Source: a virus (lineage: Duplodnaviria; Heunggongvirae; Uroviricota; Caudoviricetes). Taken from it: a stretch of 34,588 nt of DNA. The stretch spans positions 1 to 34,588 of IMG/VR virus record IMGVR_UViG_2778261256_000005. One strand, given 5' to 3'. Of the stretch, positions 1-10,151 are shown piece by piece; position 1 is the first letter of the stretch; every line of letters starts with the position of its first letter. The translations under genes and the position numbers were made by a program. Below the pieces are notes generated by a model that was not told the origin of the DNA, made no database searches, and worked only from the letters and a program-made list of their open reading frames with translations.

Positions 1-45
1 GGAGAACCCCGCTGACCCGGCGGCGTGTTTGCCGTTGTTCCGTGT

Positions 46-110
46 CAGTGGTGGCGCATTATAGGGAGTTATTCCGGCCTGACAAGCGAAAAATATAAAA
101 ACTTTATCGT
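46..110 (-). promoter_or_regulatory. rRNA operon P1 promoter (rrn-type; -35 TTGTCA, -10 TATAAT, GC-rich discriminator, A/T-rich UP-like region)
   Basis: Reverse complement of 46-100 reads ttttatatttttcgcTTGTCAggccggaataactcccTATAATgcgccaccactg, matching the remembered rrnB P1 core; -35 at 80-85 and -10 at 58-63 on minus strand; region downstream (1-45) matches the P1-P2 spacer of rrn operons. Confidence 0.7.
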
Positions 111-164
111 TCGCTCACTTTTCAGGCAAAACATCTTAAATATAGTCTTTTCCGTCTAACTTAT

Positions 165-197
165 AGACAAAAACGAGCCCCGAAGGGCTCGTTTTAT
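165..197 (-). terminator. Rho-independent terminator downstream of clpB (bidirectional hairpin flanked by A and T runs)
   Basis: Stem cgagccc (174-180) / gggctcg (185-191), 4-nt loop, A-run before and T-run after. Confidence 0.7.
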
Positions 198-200
198 CAT

Positions 201-2774
201 TTACTGGACGGCGACAATCCGGTCTTCATTAACTTCCAGGCGAATCACTTTACCCGGAACCAATTCACCAGACAGTATTTGCTGTGCCAGCGGGTTTTCG
301 ATCTGCTGCTGAATTGCACGTTTCAGAGGACGTGCACCATAGACCGGATCGTAACCGTTCTCGCTCAGCAGTTTCAGCGCCTCGTCAGAAATGTGGATTT
401 CATAACCACGTTCTTCCAGACGTTTGTACAGACGTTTCAACTGAATCTGCGCAATCGAGGCAATGTGCTGTTCACCCAGCGGATGGAAGACCACCACTTC
501 ATCGATACGGTTAATGAATTCCGGACGGAAGTTATGGCTTACCACACCGAGCACCAGCTCTTTCATGTGCGCATAATCCAGTTCACCGAAGCGTTCCTGA
601 ATCAGATCGGAACCGAGGTTAGAGGTCATAATGACGACCGTATTACGGAAGTCGACCGTTCTCCCTTGCCCGTCAGTCAGACGCCCATCATCCAGTACCT
701 GCAACAGAATGTTGAAGACATCCGGATGCGCTTTTTCCACTTCATCCAGCAGGATGACGGAATACGGACGACGACGCACCGCTTCGGTCAGGTAGCCACC
801 TTCTTCATAACCGACATATCCCGGAGGCGCACCAACCAAACGAGACACCGAGTGTTTCTCCATAAACTCGGACATATCGATACGGACCATCGCCTCGTCG
901 CTATCAAACATAAAGTTCGCCAGCGCCTTACAAAGCTCTGTTTTCCCCACACCAGTTGGGCCGAGGAACAGGAATGAACCAATCGGGCGATTTGGATCCG
1001 CCAGCCCCGCACGGCTACGACGAATAGCGTTAGATACCGCATCAACCGCTTCGTTCTGACCAATTACGCGATGGTGCAGTTCTTGCTCCATACGCAGCAG
1101 TTTTTCGCGCTCGCTTTCCATCATGCGAGAAACCGGAATCCCCGTCCAACGCGCCAGCACTTCAGCAATTTCGGCGTCGGTCACTTTATTACGCAACAGA
1201 CGCATAGTTTTGCCTTCGAGCTGCGTTGCGGCTTCCAGTTGCTTTTCCAGTTCCGGGATTTTGCCGTATTGCAGTTCAGACATCCGCGCCAGGTCCCCCA
1301 CACGGCGAGCCTGTTCAATAGCGATTTTCGCCTGTTCCAGTTCCGCTTTAATGGTCTGCGTACCAGAAAGCGATGCCTTCTCTGCTTTCCACTCTTCTTC
1401 TAACTCGGAGTACTGACGTTCTTTGTCGCTCAGTTCTTCGTTGAGCATATCCAGACGTTTTTTACTGGCTTCATCAGACTCTTTCATTAACGCCTGTTGT
1501 TCCAGTTTGAGCTGGATGATACGACGATCGAGTCGGTCGAGTTCTTCTGGTTTTGAGTCAATCTGCATACGAATGCTGGATGCTGCTTCATCGATCAGGT
1601 CGATGGCTTTATCCGGCAGCTGACGGTCAGCAATGTAGCGATGAGACAACGTCGCCGCTGCAACAATTGCCGGGTCAGTAATTTGCACATGGTGGTGCAA
1701 TTCGTAACGTTCTTTCAGGCCACGCAGAATCGCAATGGTATCTTCAACAGAAGGCTCGGCAACAAACACTTTCTGGAAACGACGTTCCAGCGCAGCATCT
1801 TTTTCAATGTACTGGCGATATTCGTCAAGCGTCGTGGCACCTACGCAGTGCAATTCACCACGCGCCAGCGCCGGTTTCAGCATGTTTCCGGCGTCCATTG
1901 CGCCATCGGCTTTACCCGCGCCGACCATGGTATGTAATTCGTCGATAAATAGGATGACGTTGCCTTCCTGTTTGGCAAGATCGTTAAGCACGCCTTTTAA
2001 ACGTTCTTCAAACTCACCGCGATATTTCGCCCCAGCCACCAGCGCGCCCATATCCAGCGCCAGTACCCGGCGGCCTTTCAACCCTTCCGGCACTTCGCCG
2101 TTGATAATACGCTGCGCCAGACCTTCAACGATGGCAGTTTTACCGACGCCGGGTTCACCAATCAGTACCGGGTTATTTTTAGTACGACGTTGCAGCACCT
2201 GAATGGTACGGCGAATTTCTTCATCACGACCAATCACCGGATCGAGTTTGCCCTGTTCGGCTCGTTCGGTAAGGTCGATGGTATATTTTTTCAAAGCCTG
2301 ACGTTGGTCTTCAGCACCTTGATCGTTCACGCTTTCACCTCCACGCATTTGTTCAATCGCTTGAGTAATGTTGGCGGTGGTCGCCCCTGCTGCTTTCAGG
2401 ATGTCGGCCAGCGTGCCGCGAGACTCAAGTGCCGCCAGAACGAACAGTTCTGACGAGATAAAGTTATCACCACGTTTTTGCGCCAGCTTGTCGCAAAGAT
2501 TAAGAACGCGCACCAGATCCTGTGATGGCTGGACATCACCACCAGTACCTTCAACCTGCGGTAAACGATTTAATGCCTGATTGATATCTGTGCGCAACTG
2601 GCCAGCATTTATGCCAGTGGATGTTAATAAAGGACTAACCGAACCCCCTTCCTGATTCAGCAGGGCGCTCATTAAATGAAGTGGTTCGATAAATTGGTTG
2701 TCGTGCCCGAGTGCAAGTGATTGGGCATCGGCAAGAGCAAGCTGGAATTTATTAGTAAGACGATCCAGACGCAT
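201..2774 (-). CDS. clpB: ClpB disaggregase (Hsp100 AAA+ chaperone), 857 aa
   Basis: ORF translation begins [10 protein letters not shown] at the second in-frame ATG (2774) preceded by GGGAGGAG; two Walker A motifs ([16 protein letters not shown]); track ORF 201..2786 has a 4-codon 5-prime extension. Confidence 0.96.
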   Translation of the reverse strand: MRLDRLTNKFQLALADAQSLALGHDNQFIEPLHLMSALLNQEGGSVSPLLTSTGINAGQLRTDINQALNRLPQVEGTGGDVQPSQDLVRVLNLCDKLAQKRGDNFISSELFVLAALESRGTLADILKAAGATTANITQAIEQMRGGESVNDQGAEDQRQALKKYTIDLTERAEQGKLDPVIGRDEEIRRTIQVLQRRTKNNPVLIGEPGVGKTAIVEGLAQRIINGEVPEGLKGRRVLALDMGALVAGAKYRGEFEERLKGVLNDLAKQEGNVILFIDELHTMVGAGKADGAMDAGNMLKPALARGELHCVGATTLDEYRQYIEKDAALERRFQKVFVAEPSVEDTIAILRGLKERYELHHHVQITDPAIVAAATLSHRYIADRQLPDKAIDLIDEAASSIRMQIDSKPEELDRLDRRIIQLKLEQQALMKESDEASKKRLDMLNEELSDKERQYSELEEEWKAEKASLSGTQTIKAELEQAKIAIEQARRVGDLARMSELQYGKIPELEKQLEAATQLEGKTMRLLRNKVTDAEIAEVLARWTGIPVSRMMESEREKLLRMEQELHHRVIGQNEAVDAVSNAIRRSRAGLADPNRPIGSFLFLGPTGVGKTELCKALANFMFDSDEAMVRIDMSEFMEKHSVSRLVGAPPGYVGYEEGGYLTEAVRRRPYSVILLDEVEKAHPDVFNILLQVLDDGRLTDGQGRTVDFRNTVVIMTSNLGSDLIQERFGELDYAHMKELVLGVVSHNFRPEFINRIDEVVVFHPLGEQHIASIAQIQLKRLYKRLEERGYEIHISDEALKLLSENGYDPVYGARPLKRAIQQQIENPLAQQILSGELVPGKVIRLEVNEDRIVAVQ

Positions 2775-2812
2775 AACTCCTCCCATAACGGATCAAAGTT
2801 GCTACTGGAGAT

Positions 2813-2841
2813 TAAATGAGGTCATCCCTCAATTATTCAAG
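2813..2841 (-). promoter_or_regulatory. sigma-32 heat-shock promoter of clpB
   Basis: Minus strand reads CTTGAAtaattgagggatgaCCTCATTTA upstream of clpB, matching sigma-32 consensus CTTGAA-N13/14-CCCCATnTA. Confidence 0.6.
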
Positions 2842-2903
2842 GTTATTGACCAGATTAATGTGAAAAGAAAATCACGCGTACCGGATCGTCTTGATTCTTT
2901 AGG

Positions 2904-3635
2904 TTATATCAGCCAAATGAAACTTGCCATACGACCGGTGGTCTTGTCGCGACGATAAGAGAAGAAAGTCTCATTTTCCGTATATGTACAACGGTCGCCG
3001 CCGAAAATTTGCTCAACACCCACGTTCGCCAGACGCTGCCGGGCAAGCTGATAAATATCCGCCAGATACTTATCACCATGCTGAATGAAAGCTGCACTTG
3101 CTTTAGCGTCTACTGCCATAAACGCCTCGCGAACCTCCCCCCCCACTTCGAACGCGCGTGGACCAATTGCCGGCCCTAACCAGGCGAGAATATTTTCCGG
3201 ATTATCAGCAAAACAGGAAACCGTCTCTTCCAGCACGCCTGCGCACAGTCCACGCCAGCCAGCATGAGCGGCGGCGACTTCCGTTCCCGCTCGATTGCAA
3301 AACAGCACAGGGAGGCAGTCGGCAGTCATCACTGCGCAAACCGTGCCGGGCGTATTGCTATAAGAGGCATCCGCCCGTTTTGAGGCATAAGGTTCGCCAG
3401 TGAGCTTAAGCACATCTTTGCCGTGTACCTGCTCAAGCCAGACCGGTTTAGAAGGCAAATTGCCCGCAGCAAAAAGTCGCTTGCGATTCTCCTCAACGTG
3501 ATCCGGGTTATCGCCACAATGGGCACCGAGGTTGAGTGAGTCATACGGGGGCAAGCTCACGCCGCCGATACGAGTGGAGCTACAGGCCGCAACACCTTTT
3601 GGCTGCGGCCACTGCGGGACAATCAGCTTACTCAT
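2904..3635 (-). CDS. yfiH: YfiH/PgeF family protein (DUF152, laccase-like purine nucleoside phosphorylase / peptidoglycan editing factor)
   Basis: 243 aa ORF between clpB and rluD as in E. coli; start overlaps rluD stop by 4 nt. Confidence 0.85.
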   Translation of the reverse strand: MSKLIVPQWPQPKGVAACSSTRIGGVSLPPYDSLNLGAHCGDNPDHVEENRKRLFAAGNLPSKPVWLEQVHGKDVLKLTGEPYASKRADASYSNTPGTVCAVMTADCLPVLFCNRAGTEVAAAHAGWRGLCAGVLEETVSCFADNPENILAWLGPAIGPRAFEVGGEVREAFMAVDAKASAAFIQHGDKYLADIYQLARQRLANVGVEQIFGGDRCTYTENETFFSYRRDKTTGRMASFIWLI

Positions 3636-4612
3636 AACCAGTCCACTTCATCCTTATGTTCTTCGAAATCGGCGCGCATCACCTCAATCAGCTCCACCAT
3701 ATCTTGTGGAATAGGCGCATGCCATTCCATTTCGATGCCGGAGATCGGGTGATAAAGACGCAGCATGGTTGCATGTAGCGCCTGGCGGTCAAACTTACGC
3801 AGCGTGGAGATAAATGCTTCCGAAGCACCTTTTGGCGGACGCGGACGGCCACCATAAACCGGATCGCCCACCAGCGGATGAGTGATATGGGCCATATGCA
3901 CGCGGATCTGGTGCGTACGTCCAGTTTCCAGACGCAACCGCAGACGCGTGTGCACACGGAAGTGTTCCATGATGCGATAGTGAGTCACCGCTGGTTTGCC
4001 CATCGGATGCACCGCCATATGGGTACGTTTGGTCGGGTGGCGACTGATTGGCTCGTCCACCGTGCCACCTGCGGTCATATGACCAATCGCCACCGCTTCA
4101 TACTCACGAGTAATTTCACGCCGTTGCAAAGATTCGACTAAACGCGTCTGAGCCGGAACGGTTTTTGCCACAACCATCAGGCCAGTGGTGTCTTTATCCA
4201 GACGATGGACGATGCCCGCACGCGGTACATCGGCAATGGGTGGATAGTAATGAAGCAACGCATTCAGTACCGTGCCATCCGGGTTACCCGCGCCAGGATG
4301 TACCACCAGGTCGCGCGGTTTATTAATGATAATAATGTCTTCATCTTCATAGACGATATCCAGCGGGATATCCTGCGGTTCAAAACGCGCTTCTTCTTCA
4401 ATCTCAGCGTTGATGGCAACCTGCTCGCCACCCAATACTTTTTCTTTCGGCTTATCACAAACTTTGCCGTTAACCAGCACTCGCTGGTCGAGGATCCATT
4501 CTTTTATTCGCGAACGTGAATAATCCGGGAACATTTCGGCCAAAGCCTGATCTAAGCGTTGACCGAGTTGGTTTTCGGACACCGTTGCAGTGAGCTGTAC
4601 TCGTTGTGCCAT
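3632..4612 (-). CDS. rluD: 23S rRNA pseudouridine synthase RluD
   Basis: 326 aa, N-terminal S4-like region and pseudouridine synthase core (HRLDKDTTG motif). Confidence 0.93.
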   Translation of the reverse strand: MAQRVQLTATVSENQLGQRLDQALAEMFPDYSRSRIKEWILDQRVLVNGKVCDKPKEKVLGGEQVAINAEIEEEARFEPQDIPLDIVYEDEDIIIINKPRDLVVHPGAGNPDGTVLNALLHYYPPIADVPRAGIVHRLDKDTTGLMVVAKTVPAQTRLVESLQRREITREYEAVAIGHMTAGGTVDEPISRHPTKRTHMAVHPMGKPAVTHYRIMEHFRVHTRLRLRLETGRTHQIRVHMAHITHPLVGDPVYGGRPRPPKGASEAFISTLRKFDRQALHATMLRLYHPISGIEMEWHAPIPQDMVELIEVMRADFEEHKDEVDWL

Positions 4613-4746
4613 ATATACTGCTTCTTCGTTTATCGTTGGGGTTTTACGGCTTTGCCGTTTAATATAGTGTGCTATTGTAGCTGGTCTTAACCGGGAGCAG
4701 GAACAGAGAATCTCCCGTATTACATTTTGAGGAAAGTCAAAACGTC

Positions 4747-5484
4747 ATGACGCGCATGAAATATCTGGTGGCAGCCGCCACACTAAGCCTGTTTTTGGCG
4801 GGTTGCTCGGGGTCAAAGGAAGAAGTACCTGATAATCCGCCAAATGAAATTTACGCGACTGCACAACAAAAGCTGCAGGACGGTAACTGGAGACAGGCAA
4901 TAACGCAACTGGAAGCGTTAGATAATCGCTATCCGTTTGGTCCGTATTCGCAGCAGGTGCAGCTGGATCTCATCTACGCCTACTATAAAAACGCCGATTT
5001 GCCGTTAGCACAGGCTGCCATCGATCGTTTTATTCGCCTTAACCCGACCCATCCGAATATCGATTATGTCATGTACATGCGTGGCCTGACCAATATGGCG
5101 CTGGATGACAGTGCGCTGCAAGGGTTCTTTGGCGTCGATCGTAGCGATCGCGATCCTCAACATGCACGAGCTGCGTTTAGTGACTTTTCCAAACTGGTGC
5201 GCGGCTATCCGAACAGTCAGTACACCACCGATGCCACCAAACGTCTGGTATTCCTGAAAGATCGTCTGGCGAAATATGAATACTCCGTGGCCGAGTACTA
5301 TACAGAACGTGGCGCATGGGTTGCCGTCGTTAACCGCGTAGAAGGCATGTTGCGCGACTACCCGGATACCCAGGCTACGCGTGATGCGCTGCCGCTGATG
5401 GAAAATGCATACCGTCAGATGCAGATGAATGCGCAAGCTGAAAAAGTAGCGAAAATCATCGCCGCAAACAGCAGCAATACATAA
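4747..5484 (+). CDS. bamD: Outer membrane protein assembly factor BamD (lipoprotein, TPR)
   Basis: 245 aa, signal peptide with lipobox LAGC, matches remembered BamD/YfiO sequence. Confidence 0.93.
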
Positions 5485-5503
5485 CAGAAACCTGAAACAC
5501 AAA

Positions 5504-5531
5504 ACGGCAGCCCTTGAGCTGCCGTTTTTTT
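5504..5531 (+). terminator. Rho-independent terminator after bamD
   Basis: Stem acggcagc (5504-5511) / gctgccgt (5518-5525) followed by T7 run. Confidence 0.7.
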
Positions 5532-5700
5532 ATTCTGTCAGTTGTGAAACTGAAGCGATTTAGTCGCTATCGATCTCATCAAATATGGCTCGCTTTGAGA
5601 TATTCCTCAAGTAAAAAAACATCTCTTCCTGCGATTTCTCACAAAAAAGATTCGTTGACAAAAAGTGACAAAATTATGAGATTTTCATCACACATTTTGA

Positions 5701-6096
<396 letters not shown>

Positions 6097-6118
6097 TCCT
6101 TTATATTGAGTGTATCGC

Positions 6119-6146
6119 CAACGCGCCTTCGGGCGCGTTTTATTTA
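6119..6146 (+). terminator. Rho-independent terminator after raiA
   Basis: Stem acgcgcc (6121-6127) / ggcgcgt (6132-6138), loop ttcg, followed by tttattt. Confidence 0.7.
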
Positions 6147-6239
6147 CCTGTAGCACATTGAAATAAAAGGATTTATCTCAACAAACGTCCACATAGTGAC
6201 CACATCGACAATACAAACCCCGTTTCGACGGGGTTTCTT

Positions 6240-7427
6240 ATGCGTGTCAATAAGTCCACAGAGCATTCCCGACATCCGCAAAAAATGTTAACATCCATAA
6301 AAACACCAAGCGTAATTATTATAATGAAATATATTTTTGAATACGGACTTTATCTCAGCATACTTATAGCGACAATATATGTCACTTCTAAGTTATTGGG
6401 TATTACACCTGCAAAACATAAATACGCCTCGCTTGATGGCTTACGTGGAATTTGTGCAGCAATGGTTGCTGTATTCCATCTTTACTGGAGAGCCGGAGGA
6501 GAATCAGATATATACTGGTCTCTTGAGTACATTACACTCAGCAATGTAAAACGCGCCATATATCTAACAGGAGAGTTATCTGTTGGGGTCTTTTTTATGC
6601 TGTCTGCTTTTTTATTTTTCAAAAAGGCACTAGCGGACTCCTTCGATGTAAAAAGCTTTGCAATTTCACGATTCATGCGAATTTACCCACCTGTAGTTGT
6701 TCTTTTATTTATAATATATATTGCAACATTTATCATGAATCCGGATAACCATACTCCAGTATCGCAATGGTTTATATCTTCATTACCATTTATATTCAAT
6801 CCGCCTGGCGCTAACATCAATGGTGTATCGCTCCAGATTGCCACATCTGGTGTGTTCTGGACGTTAGTCTGGGAATTACGCCTATACCTTGCAATTCCAT
6901 TTTTATATCTGATAATGAAAAACATCAAATATAAAGAAGCATTTGTTATTTTTTTAATGGGATGTGTTTTATTATTCAAGTATTTTATAAACAATGAACA
7001 ACACCTGAGTTATATAATGTATTTCCTTGCAGGATTTCTTGTCGCTACAATCAAGAGCAACAAGCGCCCATCAGATATAATCTGCGCTTTATTATTATTC
7101 GCAGCCATATATTTTACTCGACATGCTTACAACACTACAACTCCGCTTTATATGTTTATTGTTTTCTACACAATAAAGTGCGGATGTGATTACTTTGGCT
7201 TACTTACATCCCTGCCTGTAACTATGCTGGGAACCTGCAGTTTCTCCCTTTATTTAGTTCATGGGATAACTCAAACAGTATCTAAACATTATTTATATAG
7301 TGCAGGAAACTATGTTTGGCAGATTTGTGCAATTATTGCGGCAGGTATCATTGCGCCGGTTATGTACAAATATGTCGAAAGTCGCAGCATCATACATAAG
7401 CGTCCTCAACTTCAGATTGCAAAGTAG
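6240..7427 (+). CDS. Acyltransferase family 3 integral membrane protein (Oac/OafA-like, putative surface polysaccharide O-acetyltransferase)
   Basis: Strongly AT-rich ORF; multi-pass hydrophobic protein with LDGLRGICAAMVAVFHL, FFMLSAFL, RFMRIYPP and SFSLYLVH motifs typical of acyltransferase-3 family; start uncertain (ATG 6240, 6285 or 6324, none with a strong SD). Confidence 0.7.
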   Translation: MRVNKSTEHSRHPQKMLTSIKTPSVIIIMKYIFEYGLYLSILIATIYVTSKLLGITPAKHKYASLDGLRGICAAMVAVFHLYWRAGGESDIYWSLEYITLSNVKRAIYLTGELSVGVFFMLSAFLFFKKALADSFDVKSFAISRFMRIYPPVVVLLFIIYIATFIMNPDNHTPVSQWFISSLPFIFNPPGANINGVSLQIATSGVFWTLVWELRLYLAIPFLYLIMKNIKYKEAFVIFLMGCVLLFKYFINNEQHLSYIMYFLAGFLVATIKSNKRPSDIICALLLFAAIYFTRHAYNTTTPLYMFIVFYTIKCGCDYFGLLTSLPVTMLGTCSFSLYLVHGITQTVSKHYLYSAGNYVWQICAIIAAGIIAPVMYKYVESRSIIHKRPQLQIAK

Positions 7428-7434
7428 AACATTT

Positions 7435-7454
7435 GCGCCCCTGAACAGGGGCGC
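7435..7454. other. GC-rich stem-loop just after acyltransferase gene (terminator-like, no U-tract)
   Basis: gcgcccct (7435-7442) gaac aggggcgc (7447-7454), perfect 8-bp stem. Confidence 0.35.
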
Positions 7455-7519
7455 TATCCCACCACGCTGTTAAAATTTTGTTTCGTCTTACTTAGCATTT
7501 TTAAGTTGCCCATCGGAAA

Positions 7520-7790
7520 AACGTCACAACCATCACGCCCCACAAAAAAAACCATTAACCATCTGATTATCATGAATAAATGTTGTGATGGTAAAACCAT
7601 CACAAAACGTAACGTAAACCGTCACACCCTATAAATTCAGCGAGTTATAAAACAGAGTTGTGATGTTTTAAGGCCGTCACACTGTGATGCTCTTGTGATG
7701 CTCTTGTGATGGTTTTCAATATATGAATTTACTTATACATATCATATAGATAAATGATATTTTTTAAATCTGTGATGTTTGTGACGGTTT
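7520..7790. repeat. Cluster of iteron-like TGTGATG / CATCACA motifs incl. 9-bp inverted repeat and 11-bp tandem duplication, next to an AT-rich block
   Basis: GTGATG at 7585, 7660, 7684, 7695, 7706, 7772; CATCAC at 7531, 7598; inverted repeat ttgtgatgg-N5-ccatcacaa (7583-7605); tandem tgatgctcttg x2 (7686-7707); AT-rich stretch 7712-7770; no ORF >=60 aa in 7430-8440. Confidence 0.5.
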
Positions 7791-8420
7791 TCCGATGCTC
7801 CCCCTAAATTTTTGAAAAAATTAGAAGTGGTCAGAAATCACCCTGATTTGTTGGTGGTTTTGTATATATCTCTGTTAGTGATTTGAGCATTGGTGCAGTA
7901 CGTTAATGTAGGTATGGCTATAGTTCAGGCTGTGCAAAGTATTTCAGTTCCGCATCTCACGGTCATTCCGCGCCAGAACACATCAAATAAGGCCTTGTCA
8001 CTTTCTCCCGCTTACGTGATCCCGCTGCGGCCGTTACGTTAAAAGTCACGTAATCACTGTTAAACCCGCATGAAGTCCGGCACCGTCATTTTTCACCCAC
8101 GGCCGGTAATTGCACAAAAACTGTAATCCTTGAAATCTGTTTCACATATTTCAGTCGGTGAACTACCGCCAAAGCCCCAGCGCTGGCGCAGTCTGGCGAT
8201 GTGTTTTGTACCCCCAGAAAAACTGAAATCATTCTCAACACGAAAACCGCAGGCGGGTGCGGTGTAGCGCCGTTTTCGTCACTTCCGCCGTTATTTCGTC
8301 GTGGCAGGCTGCATCAGCGCCTTGCTGTGCTTTTAAAGCTAATTAAGTTGGGATTGGAGCGGGTGTAGATACTGTCGGCGCTCAGAATGCGTCTGGTGAG
8401 GTCTGGTGGGTGCGATAAAG

Positions 8421-8444
8421 CCCGCATGACGCGGGCTGGTTGAG
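8421..8444 (-). terminator. Putative terminator of the phage late (tail) operon
   Basis: Perfect 7-bp stem agcccgc/gcgggct (8421-8438) directly after stop of the 567-aa gene, followed on minus strand by ttat. Confidence 0.4.
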
Positions 8445-8447
8445 AAA

Positions 8448-10151
8448 TCAGGCGATAATGTTCTGGTACTTGCTCCGGGTCTGCCCGGCTTTCGTCGCCG
8501 TCTGTGTAAACTCGGCGGCATTGGTTGGAGTCCCAACGGTGGGGTGTGAATGGTTCGCGCATTGCTGCGCCAGTTCTGCCAGTAAATCAATGGTGTCCAG
8601 CATCATGGTCAGGGCGTTGATACTCTCGCTGCCAATATGGACTGTTGCCCCCATGACCTGCTGACCGCCAGCGGCCACTGATTTACGCAGTGCGGCAATC
8701 TTCTCTGTCAGGCTTTCGCCAACCTCCACGGCTACAGCACCGCCCACTTTAGTGGACTGCTGTCCTGCTATGTCCGTTTCTTCGTTTCCTTCAATACTGG
8801 CCAGCCTGTTACCTTTCACCGCCTGGCTATAATCACCGGCGCTTACCTGCTGGATGGCTCCGGCCAGCAGTGTGGTGGTTCCCAGTACCGTGGTTTTGTC
8901 CGTGGCTTTCACCGTGGTTTCACGGCTGACCAGTTCGCGCTGCTCCGTATCGGCTTTTACGGTTCGCGCCATCGATGTTTCACTGATGGTTTGATCGGTC
9001 TGCCTTACCCAGTCTCCAGCCTGAGTCACCCTCTGGGATACTTCTTCCCTCTGCTGCTGCAATTGCTCACCGGGTTTAACGTCCGGCAGGCTGGTACCAT
9101 CCGGCAGCGTCTGCCTGATAAAGGGTTTATCCGGTCTGCCTCCCGTGAATGCAACCTCAACCAGCGTCCCTTCTGGCGGAAACTGAAACATACCTGAATC
9201 ATTCCCGGCCATTGGCACCGGCAGCGGCACCGCTGAGTAAACAGGCGTCTGATTGTCCGGGTTTCCGTCTGCGTCAAGCAGCTGAACGTCCACGGCATAA
9301 CGTGGCCGGAATGGATCGGCAAAATTACCACTTTTCACGGGTTCAGTATGTGCCACCACTCTGGCCATCTTTGGCAGATGAAGCCCGGAAGCCAGTTCCG
9401 GATAATGGCTCTCAATCTGTCGTTGTGTCGGTGTTTTCTGAAGGGGGCTGCCTGTGACGCGGTTCCGGGGTGTCCAGGTGATAGTCATCGTGTCATTTGT
9501 AAGATGGACTTTGGTGACCCGTTCACCGTTAAGCTCAACGCCGGGTCGTATCGTCTGGATCACCGGTAACGTTATGGTATTCCCGCCAGCAGCCCCCTGG
9601 CTGAACTCTGCCGGCACTTCGACCGGACGACCGGTAAACAGTGACTTTTCAGCACCGCCGACGTAAAGCGAACCATCAGGCAACTGGTACCAGATGTAAT
9701 CCTGGATACTGAATGCCCTGCCCAGGTTGTTCAGCAACTGATAGCCGGTACCGTTATGGGTGAAATGGGGGATCGGAGTATCGCTGTAAGACACATCGGG
9801 TACACTGACACCGATCCCGCTGTTTTCCGTCAGCCAGCCGGCTACATCCCTTAATGTCGGGTGCTGAAATGAACATGGCCACATCCTTTCAAAAACACCG
9901 GCCAGCTCACGAATGAACAGACGCTGATAACCGTTTTCAGCTGGTTGTGAACGTTCAACATAACCGGTAAACCAGCGCAAAAGCAGGTCGGTATATCCCA
10001 CATCCAGCCGCACCAGTTTCCCGGTATAATCAGTGGTTGTCTCTGCGGTAATAAATCCCCGACCGCAACTGTTAAGCTCCAGTACCAGGCTGGCATCAGC
10101 CAGATGCACTTCATCCGTTGAAAGGTAAAGACGTTTAACTGGTTTCATCAT
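8448..10151 (-). CDS. Phage tail/baseplate protein, putative hub-spike (gpD/gpV- or VgrG-like), 567 aa
   Basis: Last gene of translationally coupled tail operon (start overlaps upstream stop, TAATG); C-terminal half is T/V/A/G-rich like spike beta-structure; family assignment is by position and composition only. Confidence 0.4.
   Translation of the reverse strand: MMKPVKRLYLSTDEVHLADASLVLELNSCGRGFITAETTTDYTGKLVRLDVGYTDLLLRWFTGYVERSQPAENGYQRLFIRELAGVFERMWPCSFQHPTLRDVAGWLTENSGIGVSVPDVSYSDTPIPHFTHNGTGYQLLNNLGRAFSIQDYIWYQLPDGSLYVGGAEKSLFTGRPVEVPAEFSQGAAGGNTITLPVIQTIRPGVELNGERVTKVHLTNDTMTITWTPRNRVTGSPLQKTPTQRQIESHYPELASGLHLPKMARVVAHTEPVKSGNFADPFRPRYAVDVQLLDADGNPDNQTPVYSAVPLPVPMAGNDSGMFQFPPEGTLVEVAFTGGRPDKPFIRQTLPDGTSLPDVKPGEQLQQQREEVSQRVTQAGDWVRQTDQTISETSMARTVKADTEQRELVSRETTVKATDKTTVLGTTTLLAGAIQQVSAGDYSQAVKGNRLASIEGNEETDIAGQQSTKVGGAVAVEVGESLTEKIAALRKSVAAGGQQVMGATVHIGSESINALTMMLDTIDLLAELAQQCANHSHPTVGTPTNAAEFTQTATKAGQTRSKYQNIIA

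Noticed and set aside
279-2580. Multiple plus-strand ORFs (e.g. 279..977, 1071..1403, 1735..2202) overlapping clpB
   Set aside because: Antisense to a conserved, high-confidence gene; no RBS; typical spurious six-frame ORFs.
2909-4519. ORFs on both strands overlapping yfiH and rluD (e.g. 3158..3403, 3688..3957, 4205..4519)
   Set aside because: Embedded in or antisense to well-supported housekeeping genes.
6146-6240. tRNA gene or attachment core at the raiA-island junction
   Set aside because: No cloverleaf-compatible sequence or recognisable att repeat; only a short hairpin (6215-6236) is present. Boundary cannot be fixed without the right flank.
7520-7790. Possible CRISPR array suggested by repeated GTGATG motifs
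   Set aside because: Repeat unit far too short (6-11 bp), spacing irregular, both orientations present, no cas genes or leader; better explained as protein-binding iterons.
8314-8590. Two overlapping minus-strand ORFs (82 and 83 aa) at the 3-prime end of the tail operon
   Set aside because: Overlap the C-terminus of the 567-aa gene in other frames, no RBS, Arg/Pro-rich translation typical of GC-rich out-of-frame reading.
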